A stretch of DNA of 37,563 nt from Microcystaceae cyanobacterium. GTDB taxonomy: Bacteria; Cyanobacteriota; Cyanobacteriia; Cyanobacteriales; Microcystaceae. Made by a program: the position numbers and the translations under genes. The DNA is taken from positions 1-37,563 of the forward strand of contig JBGTGT010000023.1 in assembly GCA_041746575.1 (NCBI GenBank), read 5' to 3'. The notes under the pieces were generated by a model. It did no database searches, was not told the origin of the DNA, and worked only from the letters and a program-made list of their open reading frames with translations. Shown in pieces: positions 19,524 through 30,782 of this stretch (its first letter is position 1; the number at the start of each line of letters is the position of its first letter).

Positions 19524-20732
19524 TTATCTCAAATTTTCAAAATAATCTCGAATTTGATTACGACGACGGGGTTGGCGCAATTTCTGTAACGCTTTCGCTT
19601 CAATTTGTCGGACTCGTTCCCGTGACAGTTCCAAGGTGCGACCAATATCGGCTAAGGAATAAGATGTCCCATCATGAAAACCATAGCGTAAGGCGATGAC
19701 TTCTTGCTCCCTTGTCGTTAAATCTTCCAGTAATACCTGTAAATCCCGACGTAAAGACTCATTTATTAGGTGTTCTTCTGGAGAAATTTCTTCAGTTTCC
19801 AGTAAATCCAACAATTCTGTGTCTTTTTCCTTGCCCACTTTAATTTCAAGGGAAACAGAACGAGGAATGCGACTCAATACTTCTTTGACTTGTTCAACTG
19901 AAATGTCTAATTCTTGAGCAATTATCTTTAAACTGGGCATTTTTCCTGTTTCTTCGACGACTCGTCGCTGAATTCGCTTAATTTTATTTAATTTCTCTGT
20001 CACATGAACGGGAAGACGAATAATCCGACTTTGAGTAGCCAAGGCGCGAGTAATACCTTGACGAATCCACCAATAGGCGTATGTACTGAAACGATATCCC
20101 TTAGTGGGGTCAAATTTTTCGACGGCTCGCTCTAATCCTAACGTCCCTTCTTGAATGAGATCCAAGAGTTCTAATCCTCGATTTTGATATTTTTTCGCCA
20201 CGGAGACGACTAAGCGCAAGTTCGCGTTAATCATCTGTTCTTTCGCTCGAATTCCCTCTTTTTGAATGTTTTCAAGGGCTTCAAGGGAAATTCCTGTCCT
20301 CTCTGCCCAAGTTTGTTTACCTATTGTTAATTTTTGCCTAAGATCAACTACGGTTAAATCTGCTTCTTTTGCCCAACGTTCCCAAGAAGGTGTATGACCG
20401 AGTTGACAGACTAAGCGATCGCGAACGGTTAATATTCGATGAAGCGGTTCTAAATTGGGGTCGCCTTGTTCAACGGCTAAGTCTCGCTGTTGTACTAAAT
20501 TAACATAGCGTTGTATCTGTTGGGCGTAGGCAACTTCTTGCTCTTTACTGAGTAGGGGAACGCGACCAATATCTTGTAGATAAAGACGAACAAGATCGGT
20601 GGTAAAATGTTGATGGGAAGGGATTGGGACGACTTCAATTTCATCAGCTTCATCAGCATCGGGATTTAAGAGGTCATCAGCCCCTGAAACAGGGTTAGGA
20701 GGAGATGAACGGGGATGGGAGTGAGATGACAT
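19524..20732 (-). CDS. sigC: Group 2 RNA polymerase sigma factor SigC
   Basis: TTDLVRLYLQDIGR; long region 1.2-2 insert with QLGHTPSWERWA; ANLRLVVSVAKKYQNRG; C-terminus KLRQPRRRNQIRDYFE typical of SigC. Confidence 0.88.
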   Translation of the reverse strand: MSSHSHPRSSPPNPVSGADDLLNPDADEADEIEVVPIPSHQHFTTDLVRLYLQDIGRVPLLSKEQEVAYAQQIQRYVNLVQQRDLAVEQGDPNLEPLHRILTVRDRLVCQLGHTPSWERWAKEADLTVVDLRQKLTIGKQTWAERTGISLEALENIQKEGIRAKEQMINANLRLVVSVAKKYQNRGLELLDLIQEGTLGLERAVEKFDPTKGYRFSTYAYWWIRQGITRALATQSRIIRLPVHVTEKLNKIKRIQRRVVEETGKMPSLKIIAQELDISVEQVKEVLSRIPRSVSLEIKVGKEKDTELLDLLETEEISPEEHLINESLRRDLQVLLEDLTTREQEVIALRYGFHDGTSYSLADIGRTLELSRERVRQIEAKALQKLRQPRRRNQIRDYFENLR

Positions 20733-21105
20733 AAGTATTACTCCAATGGTGATGAGCAGATCTGTTCACAGATGCGGTATCGTTAGCTTGCCCAAATTGA
20801 AAATAAAAATTGTCAAGCTTCGTTAAATTTTTATTAAGTTTTTTAATGAACGGCTGACACGGAGGTTGGGCTATGCTTTTTCTACAATGCCATTTCTGCC
20901 CATTCCGTAAAAGTTTACCAATTTTTTTTTAAACCTGAGCGACGCGCCAGATGGGTGATCCCAGAGAGGTCTCATTTTTGTCTGTTCATTTCGCTCAATA
21001 GTGTCAAAATATAAGCTAGAAACAAAGTCATCGGTTGAGATCGTCTTAAAAGCCAACTGATTCGGTATTTCCCTATTTCCCTCTTTTCCCATTTATTGCG
21101 GTGCA

Positions 21106-21891
21106 ATGACTTCTGACCCTTCTACCAACGCCCTCACCCCGAATTACGCTCAGGTTTATTTGTCTCACGAAAATGGCAAATTACAGCTTATTTTGCCAAA
21201 TAATGTCCTATTAGTGGGAGAATCGGAGTGGCAACAATTTTACCAAGAATTAAAAACCTGTCTTCATCAAAGTGAATTTTCTTGGCAAAAAAGACAACCG
21301 ATTCATTTGATGGTTGGCGATCGTCTCTTAGATGTACGTCAATTGCAAGATTTAGCAGAAATCCTCGCAGAAGCTGACCTTCAATTACAGTGGATTCATA
21401 CCAGTCGTCGTCAAACGGCGGTTGTCGCCGCCACGGCAGGTTATTCCGTTGACCAAAATCTCGTCCTGCCGGCTTTAATTCCCGTCGAACCTGATGCTCA
21501 GCCTTTATTAGCTAATCCTTTATATATTAAAACGACAGTGCGTTCAGGGGTTGAAATTCGTCATCCCGGTACAATTATTGTTGTGGGAGATATCAACCCC
21601 GGTGGAGAAGTGATTGCCGATGGCGATATTATTATTGGTGGGACTCTGCGTGGGGTAGCTCATGCCGGAGCGCAAGGAAATGCTCAATGTTGTATTATGG
21701 CTTTGCGGATGCAACCTACTCAGTTACGCATTGCGGATCGGGTAGCGCGATCGCCTTCTGTTGAACCAGAACATTGGGAGGCAGAAATGGCCTATATCAC
21801 TGCTGAAGGGATTCGTTTAGCACCCGCCTACAATTTTGGTAAAACCCATCAATTTGATCCAGAGAAACAAGAATGGAGCGAAAAGGGTTAA
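21106..21891 (+). CDS. minC: Septum site-determining protein MinC
   Basis: TVRSGVEIRHPG...GDINPGGEVIADGD...LRGVAHAGAQG beta-helix; lies upstream of minD. Confidence 0.95.
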   Translation: MTSDPSTNALTPNYAQVYLSHENGKLQLILPNNVLLVGESEWQQFYQELKTCLHQSEFSWQKRQPIHLMVGDRLLDVRQLQDLAEILAEADLQLQWIHTSRRQTAVVAATAGYSVDQNLVLPALIPVEPDAQPLLANPLYIKTTVRSGVEIRHPGTIIVVGDINPGGEVIADGDIIIGGTLRGVAHAGAQGNAQCCIMALRMQPTQLRIADRVARSPSVEPEHWEAEMAYITAEGIRLAPAYNFGKTHQFDPEKQEWSEKG

Positions 21892-21936
21892 AGTGTTATG
21901 TTATTGATTAATTGTCATAGGTATTAAGAAACAGTT

Positions 21937-22740
21937 ATGGGTCGTGTTATTGTTATTACTTCTGGGAAAGGAGGCGTGGGTAAAACCACGGTAACGGCGA
22001 ATTTAGGCTCTACCTTGGCACGTCAAGGCTTGAAAGTGGCGTTAATAGACGCAGATTTTGGCTTAAGGAATTTAGATTTGTTATTAGGATTAGAGCAACG
22101 GGTGGTTTATACGGCGATCGATGTGGTGTCAGGAGAATGTCCCATTGACAAGGCATTAGTTAAAGATAAACGTCAACCCAATCTTGTTTTGCTACCTGCC
22201 GCGCAAAATCGCAGTAAAGAGGCGATTACCCCGGAACAAATGCAAGAACTGGTCGCTCAATTAGTTGATCGCTATGATTTTATTTTCATTGATTGTCCGG
22301 CAGGGATTGAATCGGGTTTTCGCAATGCGGTGGCTCCTGCTAAAGAAGCGATTATTGTCACCACCCCAGAAATGGCGGCGGTACGAGATGCCGACCGAGT
22401 CGTAGGGCTATTGGAAACGGCTGAAATTCAGAGAATCCGCCTCATTGTTAACCGCATTCGCCCAGATATGATTCAAATGAAGCAAATGATCAGTGTGGAG
22501 GATATCGAAGACCTTTTAGTGGTGCCTTTAATAGGGATTATTCCCGACGATCAACGGGTTATTATTTCCACGAATCGGGGCGAACCCCTGACTTTAGAGG
22601 ATAAACTTTCAATTCCGGCGATGGCTTTTAGTAATATTGCCAAACGCTTACAAGGACAAAATATTCCTTATCTTGACTTAATGGCTACCCACGATAATTT
22701 GATCACTCGTTTGCGTCGTCGTTTTTTTGGAGACAGTTAA
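21937..22740 (+). CDS. minD: Septum site-determining protein MinD
   Basis: TSGKGGVGKTT, DADFGLRNLD, DCPAGIE, and a C-terminal amphipathic helix. Confidence 0.97.
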   Translation: MGRVIVITSGKGGVGKTTVTANLGSTLARQGLKVALIDADFGLRNLDLLLGLEQRVVYTAIDVVSGECPIDKALVKDKRQPNLVLLPAAQNRSKEAITPEQMQELVAQLVDRYDFIFIDCPAGIESGFRNAVAPAKEAIIVTTPEMAAVRDADRVVGLLETAEIQRIRLIVNRIRPDMIQMKQMISVEDIEDLLVVPLIGIIPDDQRVIISTNRGEPLTLEDKLSIPAMAFSNIAKRLQGQNIPYLDLMATHDNLITRLRRRFFGDS

Positions 22741-22853
22741 TCCAACGACCTTATATGCTAAAAATTTAACTTTTTTGATAAAATCCCTGAATTTTGCGAG
22801 AACCATTTGATCTGACTCCCTCTAAGTTTTCTTGACTCCTTACCTCAAACCCT

Positions 22854-23129
22854 ATGATTAGCGACTTACTTGATAAAATGTTTTCTTGGCGTAACCCTTC
22901 TAGTGGAGAACAAGCGAAAAACCGACTGAGATTAGTGATTGCCCACGATAGAGCCGGTTTAAGTCCAGAATTATTAGATAAGATGCGGCAAGATATCCTA
23001 GAGGTGGTCAGCCGCTATGTGGAGATTGATCCTCAAGAAATGGAATTATCCCTCGAAAGTGATCAACGCATGACGGCTTTAATTGCCAATTTGCCTATTC
23101 GTCGCATTAAACGACAACCTGTGCCTTAA
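22854..23129 (+). CDS. minE: Cell division topological specificity factor MinE
   Basis: [26 protein letters not shown] and ALIANLPI motifs. Confidence 0.97.
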   Translation: MISDLLDKMFSWRNPSSGEQAKNRLRLVIAHDRAGLSPELLDKMRQDILEVVSRYVEIDPQEMELSLESDQRMTALIANLPIRRIKRQPVP

Positions 23130-25336
23130 ATTTTCCCATTAGAGGGTAGAACACGCCGTACTGCTACCAGTGACGGACGGGGAGGCTCATTATCTTGTTT
23201 ACTCGGCCAATTGGAACCGACGGGAACAAGGCGTTCTTGGATAAATTCCTGCCCGTTGGTTGTTTTTAAGGTGAATTGACGTATTTCTGCCTGATTGTTT
23301 GTTCTGATGCCGCTAAACTCGCCGGGGTGCTGAATTGCAAGAAATAGGGTTTGTTGATCGGGTGTAAAGCATAGACCACAAATCTCTGTATCCATAGGTC
23401 CGATAGCGAAAGGATAGGCAATCCCTGCGTTTTCACCGGAGGTGGGAATAAACCAAGCCGTATTGTTGCCAAAAATTCCACTCAAATCTGAAGAAATTAG
23501 TGTTTTTTTATCTTTTATGCGACTAGGAACAGCTTTATTCTGTTTATCGGTCGAAATATCCGTTACCATCCACAAATGGTTATTTTGATCAATCGCCAAA
23601 TTATCAGGATTCGCAAACCCAAGTCCACCGCTTGCCGGTTCACCTCCCGTTGCAAAGATGTCCCAACGAAAGCCTAAGGAAGCAGGATCGTTATTATCTT
23701 CATCCAAGCGCATAATCCAGCCAAATTCGTAGGGGATTTCCCCATTTGGACCTTTGAAAATGGCTTTATCAGGGCCGCCATCGCTATCAGGAAAGCCGGA
23801 GGTATAGGCAATGAAGAGGGTACCATCGGGACTCATATCTGTGTCTTCTGGCCGTGCAGTTGCTGTAATTCCTGCCGCATTTGCCGCAAAATGAGCATCA
23901 ATTAGGATTGCACCCTGTTTTTCGAGATCAGTGCCAAGGTAGAGTTCACCCAAGGTTTTAAATTGCCCTTTATAGGCTTCTATTTCGCTATCTTCAGTGA
24001 TTTTTACAATCCCTCCTACAGAACGATTCGGATTGGGTAGGGGAATCATTCCTTTTTCATCTTTACCAATCACTTGACTGGGTAAAAGGGGAGCAATAGG
24101 GGTATCAAGGGTGAGGGGAATCCATTTTCCGGTGCCGTCGGGATTAAATTTTGCGCCATATAGCATTCCTTCCTCAAATAATTGAGCGTTTGTTTGGTCT
24201 TTTGGGTTTTGAATCGCTCTTTTTGAGATAAATTTATATAAATGACCTCCTCTGCGATCGCATCCTGAATACACGGCCAAAGGTTTACCGACAACGGTGT
24301 GAAAAGCGACCGCTTCATGGCGATAGCGGCCTAACCAAGTGTGTTTTGTGCCGTAATCTTGGGGGTCAGCGGGATCAATTTCGACCATCCAGCCGTATTT
24401 ATTGCCTGCTAGACCAAAAACATTGCCTCTTCCGTCTAAATCTGTCTCTGTAAAGACAAATAGCTGTTTATCAGGATTGAGGGCAGATCCATCGGCCATC
24501 ACGGCTTCAGGAACTTGATCTTGAAAATTTTCTTCAGCACTTAAAACAGTCCCCCAAGGGGTTGTTCCTCCTGCGCAATTTTGCATTGTTCCAATGATTT
24601 TTGCGCCTAAATTATCATCATAACCTTGTTTTGCTGTTTTACTAAAAACAGCGACTGCTGGCCCTGTTGCTTTTAGATATTGTCCATCTTCTAGTCCCGA
24701 AATCCCTGTCACTCGACGATCTACAGGAGAAAAGGTGCGTTCCCATTGACCTTTTAGGTTACGTTTCAAGGAAATCACGCCAATTCCTTGATCGATAAAT
24801 GCTTCTTTGGCAATTTCTGTAATTCTGGTTTTTAAGGGATCATCGTCTGGTAAAGAAAAGGCATTAATTTGACCGTCAGCGAGACTGGCAACGGTCTTTA
24901 CTTCAGCAAATGGCAAGGATTTCTGAATCACTTTTTCGTAGGATTCTACCCATGTTTTACCGCTAATATATTCAAAGTTAACGACTAAGTAACCTTCATT
25001 GGGAGCCGTTTCAATGAATGACACATAATCGTTATTATAGCCAAAGCGAGAATCCCCGACTTTATCTCCCCAAGCGGCGATTACATCATAAGTGAATTCT
25101 TTGGGAAGCACTAAGTCATCGACGACTTCATAGGCACGATAAACGATTTTTTGTTGTTCGTCGCTGAGTCCTTCACTCTCTAAAGGAAGGGGAATTTTGA
25201 TAGGGGTAAAGGTTAGATTGGTAGGGGAATTTTGAGTTAAATTTTGTTGGGAAACGGCCGCCTTAGATAGACCGACCATTGTAGAACCTAAACCCAATCC
25301 CATAAATAATAAAAAGTCTCGTCTTTTTAGGGTCAT
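23126..25336 (-). CDS. phoX: PhoX-family alkaline phosphatase (DUF839), Tat-exported
   Basis: Twin-arginine [47 protein letters not shown] and IQHPGE. ATG 25336 is preferred over TTG 25348. Confidence 0.92.
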   Translation of the reverse strand: MTLKRRDFLLFMGLGLGSTMVGLSKAAVSQQNLTQNSPTNLTFTPIKIPLPLESEGLSDEQQKIVYRAYEVVDDLVLPKEFTYDVIAAWGDKVGDSRFGYNNDYVSFIETAPNEGYLVVNFEYISGKTWVESYEKVIQKSLPFAEVKTVASLADGQINAFSLPDDDPLKTRITEIAKEAFIDQGIGVISLKRNLKGQWERTFSPVDRRVTGISGLEDGQYLKATGPAVAVFSKTAKQGYDDNLGAKIIGTMQNCAGGTTPWGTVLSAEENFQDQVPEAVMADGSALNPDKQLFVFTETDLDGRGNVFGLAGNKYGWMVEIDPADPQDYGTKHTWLGRYRHEAVAFHTVVGKPLAVYSGCDRRGGHLYKFISKRAIQNPKDQTNAQLFEEGMLYGAKFNPDGTGKWIPLTLDTPIAPLLPSQVIGKDEKGMIPLPNPNRSVGGIVKITEDSEIEAYKGQFKTLGELYLGTDLEKQGAILIDAHFAANAAGITATARPEDTDMSPDGTLFIAYTSGFPDSDGGPDKAIFKGPNGEIPYEFGWIMRLDEDNNDPASLGFRWDIFATGGEPASGGLGFANPDNLAIDQNNHLWMVTDISTDKQNKAVPSRIKDKKTLISSDLSGIFGNNTAWFIPTSGENAGIAYPFAIGPMDTEICGLCFTPDQQTLFLAIQHPGEFSGIRTNNQAEIRQFTLKTTNGQEFIQERLVPVGSNWPSKQDNEPPRPSLVAVRRVLPSNGKI

Positions 25337-25460
25337 AAGTTTCGTCAAAAATCCTGTTCTGCAATAATGTAAGTTGAACCAGCAAAATTATAACTTAATT
25401 CAAAGAATTAGAGGAAAGGAAGAAAGGTTTAAAAAACATCAATTATCTTTTTTTAAAAGA

Positions 25461-25490
25461 AGGTTAAGATGACTTAAATAAAAGATTAAA
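25461..25490 (-). promoter_or_regulatory. Pho box (SphR/PhoB) upstream of phoX
   Basis: Minus strand TTTAATCT-N3-ATTTAAGT-N3-CTTAACCT, an 11-bp period with the last unit an exact CTTAACCT. Also TTAAACCT at 25425-25432 and a TATAAT -10 at 25387-25392. Confidence 0.65.
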
Positions 25491-25687
25491 AGGTAAGAGA
25501 AAGAAAGTTATTTAATATCTTTTTTGAGTTGAATAATTTGCATAGTTTCAGTGCTAACTTTTCATTTTAATTCTTATTCACAGTAGTATTCACGATGAGT
25601 CTAATGATTTTGACATGAAGACCTTGACAAGCACAAAAAGAAATAAAGTTCAGTCCTAACCGTTTCTGTTTTTGGGTATTTAAGTTA

Positions 25688-26872
25688 TCAATATTCCCTA
25701 TGATTAACGAGAAGAGCGATCGCTTCTACTAACTGCTCAATTTCTTCTTTTAAGGTAAAATAATGAACACAGGCTCTTACGCAATTAGGATTGAGGAGTT
25801 TTCTAATTAAAAATCCTTTTTCTTCTAAGTTCTGCACTAAATCTGCGTGGGATAAGGCTTTATTGATTTGAAATGACACTAACCCCGACAGAGGAGGCGA
25901 CGACGTTAAACAGTGTACGCCGTCAATTTTCTGCAATTTACTCCATAAATAAGCACTGAGTCGGCAAATTTCTTGATACCTCTTTCTTTTGCTTCCCCAT
26001 TGACGATGAATCACGATTGCTGAGCGTAATCCTTCATATTGAGGATAAGCAGACGTTGCCACTTCAAAGCGTTGTCCATTTGGTTTCCATCCTTGTACTT
26101 CCCCATCAGCATCAACCTCTACACTGCGCCAGCCCATAAAAGTTGGCTTTAGGATTTCTAGGGCGTCAGGGTGAATATAAAGCCCCCCCACGCCTGCTGG
26201 GCCACACCACCACTTGTGACCCGTAAAAGCGTAAAAATCTGCGCCGATTTCCCCTAAATTTAAGGGTAGCATTCCCACTGACTGCGCCGCATCGACTAAA
26301 ACGTGTACTTGTTGTTGATGACAAATTTCTACGATTTCCGATAAAGGTAACACTTGTCCCGTATTCCATAGTACATGACTACACACCAATAAGCGGGTTT
26401 GAGGCGTCAAATGGTTTCGGATGACATCAAGGGGAGATCCTTGGTTTAGGGTATTTAAAATTGGGCAAAAACTATACTTTACGCCAAAACGTCGCGCAAT
26501 TTCTTGGACAATCGCAATCACTCCCGGATGTTCACAGTCTGTTAACAGAATATGATCTTCTGTTTGCCATTCTATTCCCCAAAGGGCAATATTACACCCT
26601 TCTGTCACATTTTCGGTAATCGATAGAGTTTCTGGTGCAACACCTAATTCGTAAGCCATTTCTTGGCGTAAGAGAGCCGTTTTTTGCTGTAACCATCCAT
26701 TAACTCGTCCTGAAAAAGGACCTTGTTGCTGTAAAAACTGATGAGCCTGAATAATAGCATCTAACGCGGTGCGAGGAAGCGTTCCTTGACCCCCATAATT
26801 AAAATAGATTTTATTTGCTAATCCGGGAAATTCTTGACGGTGGTCTTCAGTTTTCGTAGAAATTAAAGTCAT
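25688..26872 (-). CDS. L-cysteine/cystine C-S lyase (C-DES), aminotransferase class V
   Basis: FPGLANKIYFNYGGQG, TDCEHPG, SHVLWNTGQ, DAAQS, and the PLP lysine in FTGHKW. Confidence 0.88.
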   Translation of the reverse strand: MTLISTKTEDHRQEFPGLANKIYFNYGGQGTLPRTALDAIIQAHQFLQQQGPFSGRVNGWLQQKTALLRQEMAYELGVAPETLSITENVTEGCNIALWGIEWQTEDHILLTDCEHPGVIAIVQEIARRFGVKYSFCPILNTLNQGSPLDVIRNHLTPQTRLLVCSHVLWNTGQVLPLSEIVEICHQQQVHVLVDAAQSVGMLPLNLGEIGADFYAFTGHKWWCGPAGVGGLYIHPDALEILKPTFMGWRSVEVDADGEVQGWKPNGQRFEVATSAYPQYEGLRSAIVIHRQWGSKRKRYQEICRLSAYLWSKLQKIDGVHCLTSSPPLSGLVSFQINKALSHADLVQNLEEKGFLIRKLLNPNCVRACVHYFTLKEEIEQLVEAIALLVNHREY

Positions 26873-27121
26873 TAATGTTCAATTGTTAATGATGAGTAAG
26901 AATCGGACTCGAATCGTTACCCATAATAGCTTAAAGTTTCGTTTTTTTCCTCTACCCTACCCTTCAAGGAAACGCAATTTTTTGCTTTTTTGAAGATAGA
27001 GGACTATGTGTCTAAATTTAGGACATTTTGCCCTTCTTCGATTCTCGGATCCTAAAAATCCGGCTGAAAATCTATCCAAATCTAATTTAGTAATGTGATA
27101 AACCTTGCATCGTTAACCCAC

Positions 27122-27145
27122 TTTAACAACAAAGCGGTTGCTAAA
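27122..27145 (+). promoter_or_regulatory. SufR operator upstream of sufD
   Basis: TTTAACAAC-AAAGCG-GTTGCTAAA has an exact CAAC-N6-GTTG core with palindromic flanks, directly before the candidate -10 TACGAT (27147-27152). Confidence 0.8.
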
Positions 27146-27238
27146 CTACGATAAGATAGTTACTGACAGGGTAAAGGAGCAAACGAATTGTCCGTCTTTG
27201 CTCACCCAATGATTAACCTGATTATTGCTATTAAATTC

Positions 27239-28585
27239 ATGAATACCTCAATTCTTAATAAAATTGAATCAAAAACCTACTTAGATCATCTATTAAATCA
27301 ATTTGAAACTGATTCTCCCCTTATTAGCTCTAATTTTATAACAACCCTACGAAATAATGCCTTATCTCAAGCCAAAGCGTTAACCCTGCCTAACCGACGA
27401 GAAGAAGAATGGCGATTTACGGACTTATCAGCTTTATATAATACTCAGTTTCGGTTAGCTGAAGCAGTGACTATTAATCCCCATCATTTACCTCACTTTC
27501 TCGTTACTGAAGCAAAGCATAGTCGCTTAGTCTTTGTAAACGGCGTTTATTCTGCTGAATTATCTGATCTTTCTGCTTTACTCGATGGCGTCTTTGTGGG
27601 GAATTTAGAAGCTTTACCTACTCCACAAAAGGACCAAATTGCCAACTATTTAGGACAACAAAAAGGCGATTTAGACATTTTTACCGCCTTAAACACTGCT
27701 GGATTAAGAGATGTTGCGATAGTTTGGGCAAATCCTGACATTTCCATCGAGATTCCCCTTCATTTATTGTGGTTATCTGTCCCCGATGATACCCCTAATT
27801 TAATACAACCTAGAACGTTAATTATTGCAGAAAATAGATCTAAATTAAATATATTAGAAGAATATAAAGCTATTTCTGAAAATTGTGTCGATATTCTTCA
27901 AAATAAACCCTATTTTAATAATGTTATTACCGAAATTTACCTTCATGAAAATGCTGAGGTTAATCATACTCGTTTGCAACGAGAATCTGCCGATGGGGTA
28001 CATTTTGGCAAAACGTCTGTTTCCCAGGGACGAGATAGCATTTATACTGAAAATGAAATTAGTTTAGGGAGTCTACTCCACCGTCATAATGTGGAAATTT
28101 GGCAAGCAGGGGAGCAAATTCGCACTCATCTTCATGGTTTAACCGTCATAAAAGACCAACAAATTGCCGATACGCATAGCGCGGTTTATTTGACTGCACC
28201 GCACGGTACGGTAGATCAACTGCACAAATATATTTTAGATGACCAAGCCCAAGGCGTTTTTAATGGCAAAATATTTGTTCCGAAAGCAGCCCAACTTACG
28301 AATGCGTCTCAGTTAAATCGTAATTTACTGCTTTCCCCTAAAGCCAGAATTAACACCAAACCAGAATTACAAATTACAGCAGATAACGTTAAATGTTCTC
28401 ACGGAGCAACGGTGAGTCAATTGGAAGCGGATGAATTATTTTACCTGCAAAGTCGGGGATTAAATGAGGAAGACTCCCGTAACCTTTTAATAGACGCTTT
28501 TGCCGCCGAAATTCTTAGCCGTGTGCCTTTAAACTCGATTCGTCAACGCATTGCTCAATCTGTCGCCTGCCGCACTTTGGCATAA
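27239..28585 (+). CDS. sufD: Fe-S cluster assembly protein SufD
   Basis: EEWRFTDL, RLVFVNG, GVFNGKIFV, KPELQITADNVKCSHGATV and FYLQSRG. An alternative start, TTG 27188, has a GGAG Shine-Dalgarno. Confidence 0.95.
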   Translation: MNTSILNKIESKTYLDHLLNQFETDSPLISSNFITTLRNNALSQAKALTLPNRREEEWRFTDLSALYNTQFRLAEAVTINPHHLPHFLVTEAKHSRLVFVNGVYSAELSDLSALLDGVFVGNLEALPTPQKDQIANYLGQQKGDLDIFTALNTAGLRDVAIVWANPDISIEIPLHLLWLSVPDDTPNLIQPRTLIIAENRSKLNILEEYKAISENCVDILQNKPYFNNVITEIYLHENAEVNHTRLQRESADGVHFGKTSVSQGRDSIYTENEISLGSLLHRHNVEIWQAGEQIRTHLHGLTVIKDQQIADTHSAVYLTAPHGTVDQLHKYILDDQAQGVFNGKIFVPKAAQLTNASQLNRNLLLSPKARINTKPELQITADNVKCSHGATVSQLEADELFYLQSRGLNEEDSRNLLIDAFAAEILSRVPLNSIRQRIAQSVACRTLA

Positions 28586-28625
28586 ATCACTGTAACGAAT
28601 TATTGTTCACTGTTTACTAAAAAAA

Positions 28626-29888
28626 ATGACTTTAATACAAGAAAAACCTCTCGCTTTGAATTTTCGCACTGATTTTCCGATTCTTAACCAAGAAGTCAAC
28701 GGAAAACCCCTAATTTACCTTGATAATGCGGCAACTTCCCAGAAACCGATAGCCGTATTGGAAGCCATGCAGTCCTATTACGAAAAAGATAACGCAAACG
28801 TGCATCGGGGAGCGCATAGTCTCAGCATTCGCGCGACAGAAGGCTATGAAAGCGCAAGAGACAAGGTGGCGGCGTTTATTAATGCGGCATCTCGTCAAGA
28901 GATTATTTACACCCGTAATGCCAGTGAAGCGATTAATATTGTGGCTTACAGCTGGGGTTTAGAAAACCTTAAGGAAGGAGACGAAATTATTACAGCGGTG
29001 ATGGAACATCACAGTAATCTTGTTCCTTGGCGTATTATTGCTCAAAAAACAGGAGCAGTGATTAAATACGTCGGTTTAACGCCTGAAGAAACCTTTGATT
29101 TTGAACAATATAAATCTCTACTTTCTGAGAAAACCAAATTAGTGACCATCGTCCATGTTTCTAATACCTTGGGTAATGTAAATCCTGTCGAAGCAATCAT
29201 TCAGTTAGCCCACGAAAATGGCTCAAAAATCTTGGTTGATGCTTGCCAAAGTGTTCCTCACCAAAAAATCGACGTTCAAGCCATGGACTGTGACTGGTTA
29301 GTTGCCAGTGGACATAAAATGCTTGCACCGACGGGAATTGGTTTTCTTTACGGTAAACAAACAATTCTAGAGGAAATGCAACCTTTTTTAGGGGGTGGGG
29401 AAATGATTAATGAAGTTTTCCTTGACCATTTTACCTGTGGTGAGTTGCCCCACAAATTTGAAGCAGGAACACCTGCCATTGCAGAAGCGATAGGATTAGG
29501 CGCGGCGATTGACTATTTAACCCAGATTGGTATGGATAAGATTCATGCTTACGAAGCCGAATTAACGACCTATTTGTTTAAAAAGTTGGCTGATATTCCT
29601 AAATTACGGATTTATGGCGTCAAACCTGAGGCAAATGGGGAAGGAAGGGCGGCTTTAGCGGCGTTTAATGTTGAGGGGATTCATGCCAGTGATTTAGCAA
29701 CATTACTTGATCATGAAGGTATTGCCATTCGTTCTGGTCATCATTGTACCCAACCGTTGCACCGTTTGTTCAATGCGTCGGGCAGTGCGCGGGCAAGTTT
29801 GTATTTCTATAATACCCGTGAGGAAATTGATGTTTTTGCCAAAACGTTACAGGAAACCATTGATTTCTTTGGCGGCATGATGGATTAA
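28626..29888 (+). CDS. sufS: Cysteine desulfurase SufS
   Basis: [28 protein letters not shown], and catalytic RSGHHCTQP. Confidence 0.96.
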   Translation: MTLIQEKPLALNFRTDFPILNQEVNGKPLIYLDNAATSQKPIAVLEAMQSYYEKDNANVHRGAHSLSIRATEGYESARDKVAAFINAASRQEIIYTRNASEAINIVAYSWGLENLKEGDEIITAVMEHHSNLVPWRIIAQKTGAVIKYVGLTPEETFDFEQYKSLLSEKTKLVTIVHVSNTLGNVNPVEAIIQLAHENGSKILVDACQSVPHQKIDVQAMDCDWLVASGHKMLAPTGIGFLYGKQTILEEMQPFLGGGEMINEVFLDHFTCGELPHKFEAGTPAIAEAIGLGAAIDYLTQIGMDKIHAYEAELTTYLFKKLADIPKLRIYGVKPEANGEGRAALAAFNVEGIHASDLATLLDHEGIAIRSGHHCTQPLHRLFNASGSARASLYFYNTREEIDVFAKTLQETIDFFGGMMD

Positions 29889-29915
29889 GTTATTTCACTG
29901 AAAACTAATATAAGT

Positions 29916-29950
29916 TAGGGAAAGTCTCTTAAGCTTTTCCTATTTTTTTT
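29916..29950 (+). terminator. Rho-independent terminator after sufS
   Basis: TAGGGAAAG-loop-CTTTTCCTA followed by T8. Confidence 0.7.
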
Positions 29951-29975
29951 CAGTATTCTAATTATTTAAATCATT

Positions 29976-30782
29976 CTATATTTTGGGTAAAGCTTTAATA
30001 CCTAATGTTCCGATATAGGCAATCCCCGAAATTAAAATAATAGTTGCACCAGAGGTCAAATTATAAGCATAAGATAGCCCTAATCCGAAGGTGATAAAGA
30101 CCATGCCCAAAAGGGTTGCTACGAACATAATCTGTTTAATATCTTGAACCCATTGACTGGCAATTGCGGCCGGAATTGTTAACAAAGCAATGACGAGAAT
30201 TAGCCCCACCACTTGCATCACCATGACGACCGTTAAAGCGATCGCACTAATTAACATTAAATATAAATGATCAACCGGCACGTTTCTTGTTTCAGCAAAA
30301 GTCGGATCAAAAGAAATCGCTAATAGCTCTTTATAACATAAAAAAACCATCAAAATAATCACAATATCTAACCCCAACATAATAATTAAATCTTGACGAG
30401 GAACAGCTAAAATACTGCCAAAAAGATAACTGCCGACATCCGCTTTATAACCCTTTGTTAAATCAATTAAAATAATACCGATGGCCATTCCCATTGCCCA
30501 CATTACTCCAATAATCGTATCTGCCCGTTGTTGGGTTTTACGATTCACCCATCCCATGGCAAAAGCAGACAATAGAGAAAAGATAATTGCTCCAATAAAA
30601 GGATTAAATTGCCAAAAATAGCCTAACCCTATACCTCCGTAGGCCGCATGGGCAATGCCGCCGCTAATAAAGACAATGCGGTTAATCACCACCAATGTAC
30701 CCATAATACCGCAAGCAATACTGACCAATAGCCCTGCAAAAAGAGCATTACGCATAAAATCAAACTGTAAAGCTTCAAACAT
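29976..30782 (-). CDS. znuB: Zn/Mn ABC transporter permease (ZnuB-like)
   Basis: FMRNALFAG, GGIAHAAYGG, SYLFGSIL and VVGLILVIALLTIPAA. ATG at 30782 overlaps the end of the ATPase gene. Confidence 0.85.
   Translation of the reverse strand: MFEALQFDFMRNALFAGLLVSIACGIMGTLVVINRIVFISGGIAHAAYGGIGLGYFWQFNPFIGAIIFSLLSAFAMGWVNRKTQQRADTIIGVMWAMGMAIGIILIDLTKGYKADVGSYLFGSILAVPRQDLIIMLGLDIVIILMVFLCYKELLAISFDPTFAETRNVPVDHLYLMLISAIALTVVMVMQVVGLILVIALLTIPAAIASQWVQDIKQIMFVATLLGMVFITFGLGLSYAYNLTSGATIILISGIAYIGTLGIKALPKI

Larger units (their letters stand above)
2483..30245. repeat. Dispersed HIP1 octamers (GCGATCGC)
   Basis: Seen at 2483, 3594, 8997, 10087, 10352, 14783, 17841, 19418, 20415, 21747, 24254, 25716 and 30238 (manual count, may be incomplete). 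Confidence 0.9.

Noticed and set aside
20871..21092. 73-aa ORF in the sigC/minC divergent region
   Set aside because: No motif; it occupies the expected promoter region.
27009..27025. Palindrome TGTCTAAATTTAGGACA between C-DES and sufD
   Set aside because: AT-rich core that is plausible by chance and matches no operator I recognise.
28586..28625. Degenerate heptamer (TCACTGT-like) repeats between sufD and sufS
   Set aside because: Too few and too degenerate; such repeats are common in cyanobacterial spacers.
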